Shown here one piece after another: positions 27,272 to 38,007 of a stretch of 64,000 nucleotides of DNA (position 1 is the stretch's first letter; each line of letters starts with the position of its first letter). Made by a program: the position numbers and the translations under genes. The stretch is from NCBI GenBank assembly GCA_905182795.1, contig CAJJCZ010000004.1, positions 68,506 to 132,505 on the forward strand, written 5' to 3'. Source of the stretch: an uncultured bacterium (GTDB taxonomy: Bacteria; Fidelibacterota; Marinisomatia; Marinisomatales; Marinisomataceae). The notes beneath the pieces were generated by a model that searched no databases, was not told the DNA's origin, and worked only from the letters and a program-made list of their open reading frames with translations.

Positions 27272-28907
27272 CAAAATGATTCACAATCGGCATTCTTCTA
27301 CCCATTCCAAAGGCTTTCTTACTTACGCGCAACACTGGTGCTGCTTGCCTTCTTTTATGTTCATTATGATTGATTTTTTTAGAAATATCTCCTAAGTCAT
27401 TATTAATAATATCATCTGAAGCATCTTCTCCCAATACCATCTTATCAATTAAAGGACTAATTAAATCGTAATCAAAAGGATCTACTTGATTCGGAGCTAA
27501 TTCTGCAGATGGCGGTTTTTTAATAGAATTTTTAGGGATAATATCGTTAAGCTCATTTATACGATTAGCAAGATTATAAACTTCATTTTTTGATAAATCT
27601 CCTATGGCAGAAAGACCTCCGCTCATATCTCCATAAAGCGTACAATAACCTAATGCCAGCTCTGTTTTATTTCCTGTAGACAATACCAAGGAACCAAACT
27701 TGTTTGATATAGCCATTAATATATTTCCTCTAATTCTAGATTGTATATTCTCTTCTGCAACATTACTCTTTAATCCCTTAAACTGAGATGATAGTACATC
27801 TAGATATTTCTCAAATAAACTATCAATATCAATTGTATCAAAATGCGCATTTAAATTTTCTGCAAGTTCTTTTGCATCAGCTTTACTATGATCGCTTGAA
27901 TACCTAGAAGGCATAGACACTAAATAGACATTATCTGAACCTAAAGCATCAACTGCCAAACAAGCTACAAGAGCAGAATCTATTCCACCACTCAATCCAA
28001 TAACTGTCTTTTTATGACCTGTTTTATAAAAATAATCCTTAATACCAAGCCTGAGAGCATTTAAAATATTATCTTCAATAACATTTGAATGACTCATAGA
28101 GCGTCCCATAGCTTCAGGCATCATAAAATCTTCCATAAGATCAGGAGATGACTCTATATCTAAATGCTGAACTAGAATATCTTCCTCAAAACTTGCTCCT
28201 TGATTTATTAAATTCATACCAGGAGAAAATATCATTGAATTTCCATCAAATATAAGTTCATCTTGACCGCCAATAAGATTACAATAAATGAAAAAAGATT
28301 TTGTGTTTTTGAACTTCTCTTTAATTAGCGCCTTTCTATCATTTTCGCGATTTTTGCAATAAGGAGATGCTGATATATTTATAATAATATCCGGATTTAT
28401 TTCAACAATTTCCTCTGACAACTTTCTATCATGATTATCTTCCCATAAATCTTCACATATTTGCATTACACAGCTATAATTTTTACCATTAATATTAATA
28501 TCGACAAGGCCGACATCTGAACCGCTTTCGAAATAGCGTCTTTCGTCAAAAACATCATAATTTGGTAAGAGAATTTTATGATAAACTTTAACTATTTTTC
28601 CATTTTGACATAATGCAGCAGCATTAAATAATTTTCCATCCTTTTCATCAATAAAACCTAGAATACATGGGGAAGAAACTATTTTAGAGAAATTATCTAA
28701 TACTTCTAAATTTCTTTTAATAAAAGATTTTGAAAAAAGTAAATCTTGTGGTGGGTATCCTGTAATAACCATTTCAGGAAATACTATTAGATCTGCACCT
28801 TTTTTTAAAGCTGTATTGTAACTATCAACTAATTTCTGATAGTTATATTCAAAATCTCCCAGGATAGGATTAATCTGACATGTAGCGACGTTTATTGGCT
28901 TAGACAA
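27264..28907 (-). CDS. nadE: Glutamine-dependent NAD+ synthetase
   Basis: N-terminal nitrilase domain (FPE, K, ICEDLW) plus GLSGGIDS, ENIQSRIRG, TGNKTE. Confidence 0.96.
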   Translation of the reverse strand: MSKPINVATCQINPILGDFEYNYQKLVDSYNTALKKGADLIVFPEMVITGYPPQDLLFSKSFIKRNLEVLDNFSKIVSSPCILGFIDEKDGKLFNAAALCQNGKIVKVYHKILLPNYDVFDERRYFESGSDVGLVDININGKNYSCVMQICEDLWEDNHDRKLSEEIVEINPDIIINISASPYCKNRENDRKALIKEKFKNTKSFFIYCNLIGGQDELIFDGNSMIFSPGMNLINQGASFEEDILVQHLDIESSPDLMEDFMMPEAMGRSMSHSNVIEDNILNALRLGIKDYFYKTGHKKTVIGLSGGIDSALVACLAVDALGSDNVYLVSMPSRYSSDHSKADAKELAENLNAHFDTIDIDSLFEKYLDVLSSQFKGLKSNVAEENIQSRIRGNILMAISNKFGSLVLSTGNKTELALGYCTLYGDMSGGLSAIGDLSKNEVYNLANRINELNDIIPKNSIKKPPSAELAPNQVDPFDYDLISPLIDKMVLGEDASDDIINNDLGDISKKINHNEHKRRQAAPVLRVSKKAFGMGRRMPIVNHFDE

Positions 28908-29350
28908 TTTTTTACTTCCGTTATTAATGAATCAACAGAATTCGCATTAATAGATTTTGGTATATCCCAACTATTATATGCAATCAAAGGTTTATCTTGT
29001 GCTAGAGTGAATGCTATTTCACTTAAGGTTCCATAAGCTCCAGAAATTGCTACTCCAACATCACAATTATAGCTGATTAAAGCGTTTCTTGTGATATCAA
29101 GGCCTGTTGAAATCGGAATAGATAAAAAATCATTACCAGATTTAAAATCTTTATCTTTAAGAATTCCAATACATACACCATTATTCATTGAAACTCCTTT
29201 GGCAATAGCTTCCATTACTCCTTCGCCTCCACCGCAAAACACTAGCCAATTTTCATCTGCCATCCTTTTACCAATTTCTACCGTGTCTTTATAAATTGAT
29301 TCGGTAATGACTCTTCCTCCGAAAACAGCAATTCTTCCTTTAAATTTCAT
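28892..29350 (-). CDS. LOG/SLOG superfamily protein (TIGR00725-like)
   Basis: CGGGEGVMEA, TGLDITRN, GAYGTLSEI. Confidence 0.85.
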   Translation of the reverse strand: MKFKGRIAVFGGRVITESIYKDTVEIGKRMADENWLVFCGGGEGVMEAIAKGVSMNNGVCIGILKDKDFKSGNDFLSIPISTGLDITRNALISYNCDVGVAISGAYGTLSEIAFTLAQDKPLIAYNSWDIPKSINANSVDSLITEVKNCLSQ

Positions 29351-30639
29351 TATGGCTCTAACCTTCCCATAGTTCTAGGAAAAGGGATAGTTTGTCTAAT
29401 ATGATCAATCCCGCAAACCCAAGATACCAGCCTCTCTAATCCAAGACCAAAACCTGAATGAGGAACTGAACCATATTTTCTTAAATCAAGATACCATTTG
29501 AAGGCATCTATTGGAAGGTTATGTTGTTCAATGCGCTTTACAAGAACATCATAATCATCTTCTCTCTGTGCGCCACCAACAATTTCTCCATAACCCTCAG
29601 GAGCTATAACATCAACTCCCAAAGCAAACTTATCAGATTTATCTCTTTTCATATAAAATGCTTTTGTTTCATGAGGCCATGAATGGACCATTACTGGTTT
29701 ATCAAATTGTGCAGCTAGTACTTCTTCATCTGGTGCTCCAAAATCGCTACCATATTCAAATTCATGTCCTTCTTTAGCTAATATATCAACAGCCTCATCA
29801 TATGATATACGAGGAAATGGAGCTGATATATTTTCTAGTTTTGAAACATCTCTTTCTAAAATTTTTAATTCATCAGAACAATTATCTAAAGTATCTTTAA
29901 TTACATAAGACATAAACTCTTCAATAATATCCATATTCTGATTTATATCACAGTATGCCATTTCAGGTTCTACCATCCAAAATTCTGTTAAATGCTTTCT
30001 AGTCTTTGATTTTTCTGCTCTAAAAACTGGTCCAAAACAATATGTTTTACCGAAAGCCATTGCTCCTGCCTCTTGATATAACTGTCCACTTTGAGATAAA
30101 TATGCAGAGCGATTAAAATAATCTGTCTCAAAAAGTGTTGTAGTCCCTTCAACTGCATTTGCTGTAAAAATAGGCGAGTCAAGCAATACAAAATCTCTAT
30201 CATCAAAAAAATTTCTTATCGATCTAGTTAGTCGCTGTCTAATTTTCATTATCGCAAATTGTTTTTTAGATCTTAACCATAAGTGTCTATTATCCATTAA
30301 AAAGCTAACTCCATGCTCTTTTAACGAGATAGGATATTCATCTGCTATATGAACTACATCTATATCAGTAACGAGTATTTCAACTCCAGTATCAGACCTG
30401 GTATCTGCTTGGACCGTTCCTTTAATTTTTAATGAAGACTCTTGGGTTAATGTATTTTCTAGTTGAAAAACTTTGTCTGACACATCGTTTTTTGTTACTA
30501 CGCATTGCACATAACCTGTACCGTCTCTAACAATTACAAACCAAATTTTTCCAATTGATCTAATATTGTATACCCATCCATTAACTTGGACTTCTTTTCC
30601 GATAGAATTTTTTAAATTTTTAATGCTTATTTCGATCAT
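29350..30639 (-). CDS. asnS: Asparagine--tRNA ligase
   Basis: OB domain, LSQSGQLY, FRAEKSKTRKHLTEFWM, PHSGFGLGLER. Confidence 0.96.
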   Translation of the reverse strand: MIEISIKNLKNSIGKEVQVNGWVYNIRSIGKIWFVIVRDGTGYVQCVVTKNDVSDKVFQLENTLTQESSLKIKGTVQADTRSDTGVEILVTDIDVVHIADEYPISLKEHGVSFLMDNRHLWLRSKKQFAIMKIRQRLTRSIRNFFDDRDFVLLDSPIFTANAVEGTTTLFETDYFNRSAYLSQSGQLYQEAGAMAFGKTYCFGPVFRAEKSKTRKHLTEFWMVEPEMAYCDINQNMDIIEEFMSYVIKDTLDNCSDELKILERDVSKLENISAPFPRISYDEAVDILAKEGHEFEYGSDFGAPDEEVLAAQFDKPVMVHSWPHETKAFYMKRDKSDKFALGVDVIAPEGYGEIVGGAQREDDYDVLVKRIEQHNLPIDAFKWYLDLRKYGSVPHSGFGLGLERLVSWVCGIDHIRQTIPFPRTMGRLEP

Positions 30640-30643
30640 AACT

Positions 30644-31213
30644 TTACCATGTTGAAAGAACTGTGTTCACAATATCAACTGCAATTTTATTAATTGCAAC
30701 ATTAATCGCCAATTCTCTTGAATCTCCAAATTCATCACTATCATCTCCATCAATAATACCATCATTGTCATTGTCTAGCCCGTCAGAAGAAGGGTCATTA
30801 TCAATACTATATGTTCCAAATGCAGAAAATGTTTTTTCAAATAATTTGCTGTCATCATCATTATCAATCCAAGAGACTTTTACAGATAGTGAAAATCTAT
30901 ATTCACTAACTTGTTCATTATTATTAAATGCATAAGGACCATCTGATACAGAGATTACTGTACCGTTAATAACGCTATCACTATCGATATCATTTGTTAT
31001 TTTTATAACATTTTGGCTACTAATTTGCTGAACAATCTCTGATGTCAATTTTTCAGATAATTCAAACTCTGGCGTATCATTGATGAACAATGGGATAGAA
31101 ACATTGTTAATATTTACAGGGATTGATCCCGCCATAGAATAGTAAGCGCACCCAGATAATAAAAAAATTAAATGAAGGCTAATTATCTTTGTTAATCTTT
31201 TTTTCAATTCCAT
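30644..31213 (-). CDS. LptE-like lipoprotein with an Asp-rich insertion
   Basis: Lipobox LSGC; LptE-like pattern and position after the sigma54-type ATPase as in FCB genomes; DGLDNDNDGIIDGDD insert. Confidence 0.7.
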   Translation of the reverse strand: MELKKRLTKIISLHLIFLLSGCAYYSMAGSIPVNINNVSIPLFINDTPEFELSEKLTSEIVQQISSQNVIKITNDIDSDSVINGTVISVSDGPYAFNNNEQVSEYRFSLSVKVSWIDNDDDSKLFEKTFSAFGTYSIDNDPSSDGLDNDNDGIIDGDDSDEFGDSRELAINVAINKIAVDIVNTVLSTW

Positions 31214-32384
31214 AATCGTTTATTTTTCTATAAAGAGTTCTTTCGCTCATATCTAATGATTTTGCAGCAGCTCTTCTATTGTTATTAAAGTGTTCTAATG
31301 TACGAATAATCATCTCTTTTTCTAAGTCTCTAGTATTAAAAGCACCAATAGCATCTCCTTTGATCAAATGATCATTATCGGAATTACTAATTTCGTTATC
31401 TTGAATACGATTTTCAAAATTTGTATTTATATTTCTAGGAGAATTTAAGGTAGAAAAATCAGATTGTTTTAGCAATAATTTCAGGTCTTCAACATCTTGT
31501 CTTAAGTACAATAACTGTCTTAAGATTAATTCTCTTTCTGCTTGATCTGGATCTCGATTGATTAAGACAGGTAATGCGGCATTGTCAGAGAAATTAGTCA
31601 TATTTTCATTTTCTAACTGTCTTTCAATAATTTCACCTGTAATTCTTTCACCTTTTTGTAGAATCAATACGCTTTCAACAAAATTTCTTAATTCTCTTAC
31701 ATTTCCAGGCCAATCACACTTTTGCATAACTTTGATTGCTTCCGGAGTAAATCCTTTATACTTAATATTATTTGTTCTGCTAAACTGTAATGCAAATCTA
31801 TCAACCAATAGTCGGATATCGCTCTTCCTTTTTCTTAATGGAGGCAAATTAATTGTAACTGTTTTAAGTCTATAGTAAAGGTCTTGTCGAAACTTTCCCT
31901 CTTTAACAAGTTTTGCTAAATCTTTATTGGTAGCAGCTATTACTCTAGTATCTGTTTTTTTAGATACAGAGTCTCCTACTCGCATATATTCTCCAGTTTC
32001 TAGCACTCTCAATACTTTAACCTGAGTTTCTAAAGGCATATCTCCAATTTCATCAAGGAATATTGTTCCTTTATCTGCTGTCTCAAAATAGCCTTTTCGA
32101 GATTCGTTGGCATCTGTATAAGCGCCTTTTTTATGACCAAATAACTCGCTTTCAATAATACCTTCTGGAATAGCTCCACAGTTAACAATAATTATTTGCT
32201 TAGATGATCTTTTGCTCCCTAAATGTATTGCCTTACTTATAAGCTCTTTTCCTGTTCCAGATTCTCCGTTAATTAAAACAGAAATATCTACATCTGCAAC
32301 CTGACTAACCATATGCAAAACATGCTTAATCTCATCGCTTTCACCGATAATTCCTGCTTTTTGTTTAATTAATTCAATATTCAT
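31179..32384 (-). CDS. Sigma54-type AAA+ regulator with Fis HTH and no sensory domain
   Basis: GESGTGKE, ESELFGH, FLDEIG, RQDLYYRL, WPGNVREL, C-terminal RTLYRK; GAFTGA loop reads GAYTDA. Confidence 0.92.
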   Translation of the reverse strand: MNIELIKQKAGIIGESDEIKHVLHMVSQVADVDISVLINGESGTGKELISKAIHLGSKRSSKQIIIVNCGAIPEGIIESELFGHKKGAYTDANESRKGYFETADKGTIFLDEIGDMPLETQVKVLRVLETGEYMRVGDSVSKKTDTRVIAATNKDLAKLVKEGKFRQDLYYRLKTVTINLPPLRKRKSDIRLLVDRFALQFSRTNNIKYKGFTPEAIKVMQKCDWPGNVRELRNFVESVLILQKGERITGEIIERQLENENMTNFSDNAALPVLINRDPDQAERELILRQLLYLRQDVEDLKLLLKQSDFSTLNSPRNINTNFENRIQDNEISNSDNDHLIKGDAIGAFNTRDLEKEMIIRTLEHFNNNRRAAAKSLDMSERTLYRKINDYGIEKKINKDN

Positions 32385-32394
32385 AGTTAACCTC

Positions 32395-34395
32395 TTAGCT
32401 GCTTATTCTAATTTCTTTGTCTAATTTTTTTATTTCATCTCTTAAATTTGCTGCTTTTTCAAATTCTAAATTATCAGCAGCCTCTAACATTTCCTGTCCA
32501 AGCATTTCTAGAACAACTTTTTTATCTTCATTTAAGAATCTATCTGTTTTGATATCTCTTTTAATTTCAATTTCGCCATCTCTAAATGATTCAGCTACAC
32601 TCGTAGCTTTCATTATTTCATCAATTGATTTTTTAATTGATTTTGGAATAATATTATTCTTTTTATTGAAAGCTAACTGGATCTCTCTTCTTCTGTCGGT
32701 TTCATCAAGCAAATGCTGCATTGAATCTGTAATTCTATCAGCATACAAAATAACCTTGCCATCTATGTGTCTAGCTGCCCTACCAGAAGTCTGAACGAGA
32801 GAACTTTTAGATCTCAAAAAACCTTCTTTATCTGCATCCAAAATTGCAACAAGAGAAACTTCCGGTAAATCAAGACCCTCTCTTAATAAGTTAATTCCGA
32901 CCAGCACATCAAAATCTCCCAAACGCAGATCTCTTAAAATTTTTACCCTTTCAATAGTTTTTATCTCAGAATGAAGATATCTAACTCTGACTCCCTTAGT
33001 ACTTAAGTATTCAGATAAATCTTCTGACATTTTTTTAGTTAAGGTAGTAACTAGGCATCTCTCCTTTTTTGCAGCGCGAATTTTTATTTCGTTAATTAAA
33101 TCATCAATTTGACCAATAGATGGCTTTACTATAACCTCAGGATCAACTAGGCCTGTTGGACGATTAATTAATTCAGTTACTGTTCCGGAAGATAATTCCA
33201 ATTCTTTTTGCGCTGGTGTTGCAGAAGCATAAATTACTTGATTTTGAATTGCTTCAAACTCTTCAGATTTGAGTGGCCTATTATCATAAGCAGCTGGCAA
33301 TCTAAATCCATGCTCAATTAAATTTTCTTTTCTTTTTCTGTCTCCCTTATACATTCCTTTTATCTGTGGAAGAGTTACATGAGATTCGTCAATGACAGTT
33401 AGAAAATCTTTAGGAAAAAAGTCTATTAACGTTGAAGGTCTTTCTCCTTCTTTTCTTCCATCAAAATATCTAGAATAGTTCTCAATACCTGAACAATAAC
33501 CTATCTCATCAATCATTTCTATGTCAAAATTAGTACGCTGAGTTATGCGTTGCTCTTCTAAGAATTTTTCATTTTTATTAAAAAATGCTACTCTATCTTT
33601 TAGATCTTTTTTTACCTCTTTAATAACTTTTTTATTTTTTGATTTATCTGATACAAAGTGTCTTGCAGGAAAAAGATTTGATTCATTAACTTCTTCTATT
33701 TCTTCTCCTGTCAATGGGTCAAAAATCACAATAGACTGGATAGTATCTGAAAAAATATCAACTCGAACAGCTTTTTCTTCATATGCTGGAAATATTTCAA
33801 AAATATCTCCCATAATTCTAAAATTACATCTTTCTAAAACTTGATCATTTCTCTTATAGTATATATCAATTAGAGCCTCTGTAAGACCTCTGCGACTTAT
33901 TGGATTATTTTTTTTCAAATTAACTACTTGATTCTTCCATTCTTTGGGAGAACCTAGTCCGTAAATGCATGATACTGAACTGACTACGATAACATCCTTT
34001 CTTTGAAGCAATGAACTCGTAGCTTTTAATCTTAATCGATCAATTTCTTCATTCATTGAAAAATCTTTTTCTATAAAAGTATCCGTAATCGGCATATATG
34101 ATTCTGGCTGATAATAATCATAGTAACTAATAAAATACTCTACCGCATTATTAGGAAACAAGCTTTTAAACTCACCATAAAGTTGTGCTGCTAAAGTTTT
34201 ATTATGAGAAATAATTAGTGTAGGTTTTTGAATTTCTTCAATCACTTTTCCTACAGTATAAGTCTTACCAGAACCAGTAACTCCCAATAATGTCTGATGA
34301 TTTAAATTCTTTTTTATACCATCGACAAGTTCATCGATTGCCCCAGGCTGATCACCTGATGGTTGAAAATCTGAAACTAGTTTAAAGTCTGCCAT
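32395..34395 (-). CDS. uvrB: Excinuclease ABC subunit B
   Basis: GVTGSGKT, YYDYYQPE, IDESH, GINLLREGLD, C-terminal UVR domain. Confidence 0.98.
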   Translation of the reverse strand: MADFKLVSDFQPSGDQPGAIDELVDGIKKNLNHQTLLGVTGSGKTYTVGKVIEEIQKPTLIISHNKTLAAQLYGEFKSLFPNNAVEYFISYYDYYQPESYMPITDTFIEKDFSMNEEIDRLRLKATSSLLQRKDVIVVSSVSCIYGLGSPKEWKNQVVNLKKNNPISRRGLTEALIDIYYKRNDQVLERCNFRIMGDIFEIFPAYEEKAVRVDIFSDTIQSIVIFDPLTGEEIEEVNESNLFPARHFVSDKSKNKKVIKEVKKDLKDRVAFFNKNEKFLEEQRITQRTNFDIEMIDEIGYCSGIENYSRYFDGRKEGERPSTLIDFFPKDFLTVIDESHVTLPQIKGMYKGDRKRKENLIEHGFRLPAAYDNRPLKSEEFEAIQNQVIYASATPAQKELELSSGTVTELINRPTGLVDPEVIVKPSIGQIDDLINEIKIRAAKKERCLVTTLTKKMSEDLSEYLSTKGVRVRYLHSEIKTIERVKILRDLRLGDFDVLVGINLLREGLDLPEVSLVAILDADKEGFLRSKSSLVQTSGRAARHIDGKVILYADRITDSMQHLLDETDRRREIQLAFNKKNNIIPKSIKKSIDEIMKATSVAESFRDGEIEIKRDIKTDRFLNEDKKVVLEMLGQEMLEAADNLEFEKAANLRDEIKKLDKEIRISS

Positions 34396-34406
34396 ATTGT
34401 CTATTA

Positions 34407-34435
34407 AATATAATATCTATTGATATAAAAAACAA
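34407..34435 (-). promoter_or_regulatory. Putative uvrB promoter
   Basis: TTGTTT-N17-TATATT, 11 nt before the ATG. Confidence 0.4.
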
Positions 34436-34458
34436 TTTATAAAGTATGACAATAAGTT

Positions 34459-35010
34459 TTATTTCTTAGAGTCTAACGTAAAGAAGAAACGTAAATAATC
34501 TAACAAGCTAAGAAAGAGTAGAATGGCAGAAATTAAAATTAAATGATCTGTTAAGTAGATAAATTGTGTGAAGCCTAAAGTATGTATTGATAAAGCAACA
34601 CCAAGAAAACACACCCCTATCTTACCTACTATATTAGAACCATATATCTTCTCTATTTTTGGTAAATATATAAGAGAAAATATTAAAATTGTTATTTGTC
34701 TAGCAAAATAGAAAATGCAAAACCAATCAGCGATGTCTCCTCTTCTGTTTAATAAAATTATAAATGCAAATAAAGTTGTTCCATCTGCAATAGGATCTAA
34801 TGTTTTTCCCAGCTCTGAGTGTTGATTTAACTTCCTCGCAGCTAATCCATCTAAAAAATCTGATAATAAAGAAATAAATAATATCACATAAAAATAGACT
34901 TTCATATCAAGATTAAAGGTGATAATCATTGGAGGAATTAATAAAAACCTTACATAAGTGATTAAATTCGGAACAAGAAAAATGTCTTTATATTGAAATA
35001 ATTTACTCAT
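34459..35010 (-). CDS. CDP-alcohol phosphatidyltransferase (PgsA-like)
   Basis: PNLIT..R and DFLDGLAARKLNQHSELGKTLDPIAD signature. Confidence 0.9.
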   Translation of the reverse strand: MSKLFQYKDIFLVPNLITYVRFLLIPPMIITFNLDMKVYFYVILFISLLSDFLDGLAARKLNQHSELGKTLDPIADGTTLFAFIILLNRRGDIADWFCIFYFARQITILIFSLIYLPKIEKIYGSNIVGKIGVCFLGVALSIHTLGFTQFIYLTDHLILISAILLFLSLLDYLRFFFTLDSKK

Positions 35011-36281
35011 GCTAGTATCTTCGACAATAATTTGCTTGTAGATCCTATATTATTCTCCATAACATTTCTCGCAGAAGTACTTGCTAAATCATATATACTT
35101 ATATCATTAAGTTTCTCGAATACTTCTATTAATTCTAAATCAGAATTTATTGTAAATGCTGCCGATGTAGACAACAACTCTTCTGCTTCTGAAAAATTTC
35201 CATTTGAATAATTTGGTCCAAAAATTATTGGATTAGATGCTACAGCTGGCTCCATAATATTATGTATACCATTTTTTGAAAATCCTCCACCTATATATGA
35301 TATATGAGCTTGCCAATATAGCTTATATAGAATACCTACTGTATTTATAATAATAATTTGCTCTTTCAGTTTTGATAAATCAATATAGTCCTCTACTACT
35401 ATAGAAGATAAATTGTTTCTACTAGCTTGCTTTTGATAGTAATTAATCGATCTATCTGATAACTCATGTGGAATAAGAATAATTTTAGCACTATGATTAT
35501 TTTTTAATAAATCAAAAATTCTAGGAAAAAGTATTGAATCGTCTTCAGGCCATAAGCTGGCAAATAAGAATAATCTGTTCTTTAGTTTATAATCTATATC
35601 AAACTTAACATCAACATTAGACTCTCTTCTTAGTGCAATATCGAAACGCGGATTTCCCATAGCCTCAATTATCTTATCTGGAACAATTAATTTGATATTT
35701 TCTAAATCCTGATTATTCACAGTAAATATTTGACCAATAAGACTATATATAGCTTTATAAATACTCTTTCCCAATCTTCCCAACTTAAAACTATCATTAT
35801 GAATTCTTGCAGAAATTAATATTGTATCAATATTTAAAAAACGTGCAATAAGGACGATATTTGGCCAGATATCATATGAAGCAAAAATAATTTTTTTAGG
35901 TTTAACTAATTTTAATACCCTAAAAATAGACCAAGCAAAATCAAATGGGAGATATATCTTACAATCAATATTGTCATCATTAACATTGCTATATCCAGAT
36001 GGAGAAAAAAATGATACTATAATTCTAACATTATCATTACTATTTTTTATACTAGAAATAATTGATTCTATCTGTTGAAATTCTCCAAAAGACGAGACAT
36101 GAAACCAATATATATCCGAAGAAGAGTTCATACTTTTAAAATATTTTAATTTTTTTAAAGAATAATATCTTCCTAAGAAACCAGCTCGAATTTTATGGTT
36201 AAATGGACATAACAATACAGCTACTATAAAGAACGCAGGATAGAGAATAAGATTATAAATACTTAGCCAGAATAATTTCAT
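35007..36281 (-). CDS. waaA: Kdo transferase
   Basis: WFHVSSFGEF, YLPFD, YIGGGF, HNIMEPA, GPN. Confidence 0.88.
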   Translation of the reverse strand: MKLFWLSIYNLILYPAFFIVAVLLCPFNHKIRAGFLGRYYSLKKLKYFKSMNSSSDIYWFHVSSFGEFQQIESIISSIKNSNDNVRIIVSFFSPSGYSNVNDDNIDCKIYLPFDFAWSIFRVLKLVKPKKIIFASYDIWPNIVLIARFLNIDTILISARIHNDSFKLGRLGKSIYKAIYSLIGQIFTVNNQDLENIKLIVPDKIIEAMGNPRFDIALRRESNVDVKFDIDYKLKNRLFLFASLWPEDDSILFPRIFDLLKNNHSAKIILIPHELSDRSINYYQKQASRNNLSSIVVEDYIDLSKLKEQIIIINTVGILYKLYWQAHISYIGGGFSKNGIHNIMEPAVASNPIIFGPNYSNGNFSEAEELLSTSAAFTINSDLELIEVFEKLNDISIYDLASTSARNVMENNIGSTSKLLSKILA

Positions 36282-37279
36282 AAGGCAAGAGACCTTTTAA
36301 CATGTTCAAATACTTTTTCACTATCAATTTCTGACATACAATACTGCTCTTTTCGATAGCATGGTCTACTTCCATTCTGAGAGCAGGGTCTACACCATAA
36401 GCTTTTATTCTCAATAATCTTAGATTCAGGCAAAACAATTCTTGCGCCAGTTTCTAATGATGTAGGACCAAGAATCATTGTTACTGGAGTACTTAAGGCT
36501 TCAGAGATGTGAAGTAATCCAGTATCGCTACCAATAGTATGTTGAGAAGACTTCAAAATGCCCATTGCCATCCTTAGGCTAGTTTTATCTTTTAAATTTA
36601 CAATTCTATCATGCTTAATGATTTGATCGCATATAATATCATTTGTTGCTCCCAAAATTATAATCGTTGCATCAAATGAATCCATCAGTCTTTTAATTAA
36701 GTTATTATAATTATCAATAGACCATTGTTTTTGACTCCATGCTGCGCCGGGTACTATTGTGATATAATTTTGATCAATATTGTTGTCTAATAAATAATTT
36801 TTTGTTTCTTCTATCTCTTGATTAGATAAGTATAATTTTGTTTTTGGAAATGAATCAGTTTTATCTAACAATGAATGGTACATTTTGATATGACTAAAAT
36901 TTTTCTCAAAAAAATTCTGATAACTATAAAAAAGTAGAAATCGTCGAAGACGAGGCTTCTTTATTTGTTTGAAAAGTCTCTTTTTTAGAAAAAATGATAA
37001 CACTCTGGTTCTAAACACGCTATGAATATCATAAACTATATTATAGTTATTAGATCTAAGACTCTTTCCAAGCCCTATTAACCCTCTAAAACCATCTATC
37101 TTCTTAAAAGTAATCAAATCATCGATTAAAGGATTATGGCGCATAATATCAGCAAATTCTGACTTAATAAGGAAATCAATCTTAGAATCTGGAAATTTTG
37201 TTTTGACTGACTGTAAGAAAGATGTAGATAGGACAATATCTCCTATCGAGCTCATTCTTATAATAAGAATTTTTTTCAT
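36278..37279 (-). CDS. GT9 LPS heptosyltransferase (WaaF/WaaC-like)
   Basis: RMSSIGDIVL, PGAAWSQKQW, DTGLLH. Confidence 0.88.
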   Translation of the reverse strand: MKKILIIRMSSIGDIVLSTSFLQSVKTKFPDSKIDFLIKSEFADIMRHNPLIDDLITFKKIDGFRGLIGLGKSLRSNNYNIVYDIHSVFRTRVLSFFLKKRLFKQIKKPRLRRFLLFYSYQNFFEKNFSHIKMYHSLLDKTDSFPKTKLYLSNQEIEETKNYLLDNNIDQNYITIVPGAAWSQKQWSIDNYNNLIKRLMDSFDATIIILGATNDIICDQIIKHDRIVNLKDKTSLRMAMGILKSSQHTIGSDTGLLHISEALSTPVTMILGPTSLETGARIVLPESKIIENKSLWCRPCSQNGSRPCYRKEQYCMSEIDSEKVFEHVKRSLAL

Positions 37280-38007
37280 TATGAATCTTGATTGAATAGT
37301 TTATTTGCAAACCATGAAACAAAAATACTAATCTCATAAAGAATAATCATTGGTATCGACATGATAATCAAACTTATAGGGTCTGGAGGTGTAATAATGG
37401 CAGATAAAATAACTGTACCCATTATTGCTTCCCTTCTATACTGTCGTAAAAATTTAGGATTGATTAGACCAATCGATGAAAAAAGAAAAGAAGCGACCGG
37501 TAATTCAAAAATTGCTCCTGAACCAATAATCAGTGCCAGCACAAAATTAAAATAATAATTAATAGAAAAATTATTCTCAATACCTCCTGTTATCATCGAT
37601 GCAAAGAAATCTAACGAAAATGGCAGTATTACCTTATATGCAAAGAACCCGCCTAACATGAAACAACCAAAAGCAGTCAAAATAAGAGGTAAAAGTATTT
37701 TTCTTTCTTTATCGTATAATCCAGGAGATAGAAATTTCCAAATTTGTACTGTAATAATAGGCATTGAGAATATAATTCCTCCAATAATTGCTAAGTTCCA
37801 TTTTAGCATAAACATACCCTGAATAGTAAGAACTTGGAGATTCATCTCTCCGCTAATTTGATTTGCTGGAGCAATCAATAGATCTACTAAATGATTAGCA
37901 AAATTAAATGTAACAATTGACATAAACAGTATTGCGCCAAGAGATTTGAGTATTCTCCATCTAAATTCTTCTAGATGATCAATTATTGACATATCATTAT
38001 TACTCAT
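37279..38007 (-). CDS. tatC: Twin-arginine translocase subunit C
   Basis: HLEEFRWR, FLSPGLYDKE, FELP, AIITPPD. Confidence 0.95.
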   Translation of the reverse strand: MSNNDMSIIDHLEEFRWRILKSLGAILFMSIVTFNFANHLVDLLIAPANQISGEMNLQVLTIQGMFMLKWNLAIIGGIIFSMPIITVQIWKFLSPGLYDKERKILLPLILTAFGCFMLGGFFAYKVILPFSLDFFASMITGGIENNFSINYYFNFVLALIIGSGAIFELPVASFLFSSIGLINPKFLRQYRREAIMGTVILSAIITPPDPISLIIMSIPMIILYEISIFVSWFANKLFNQDS

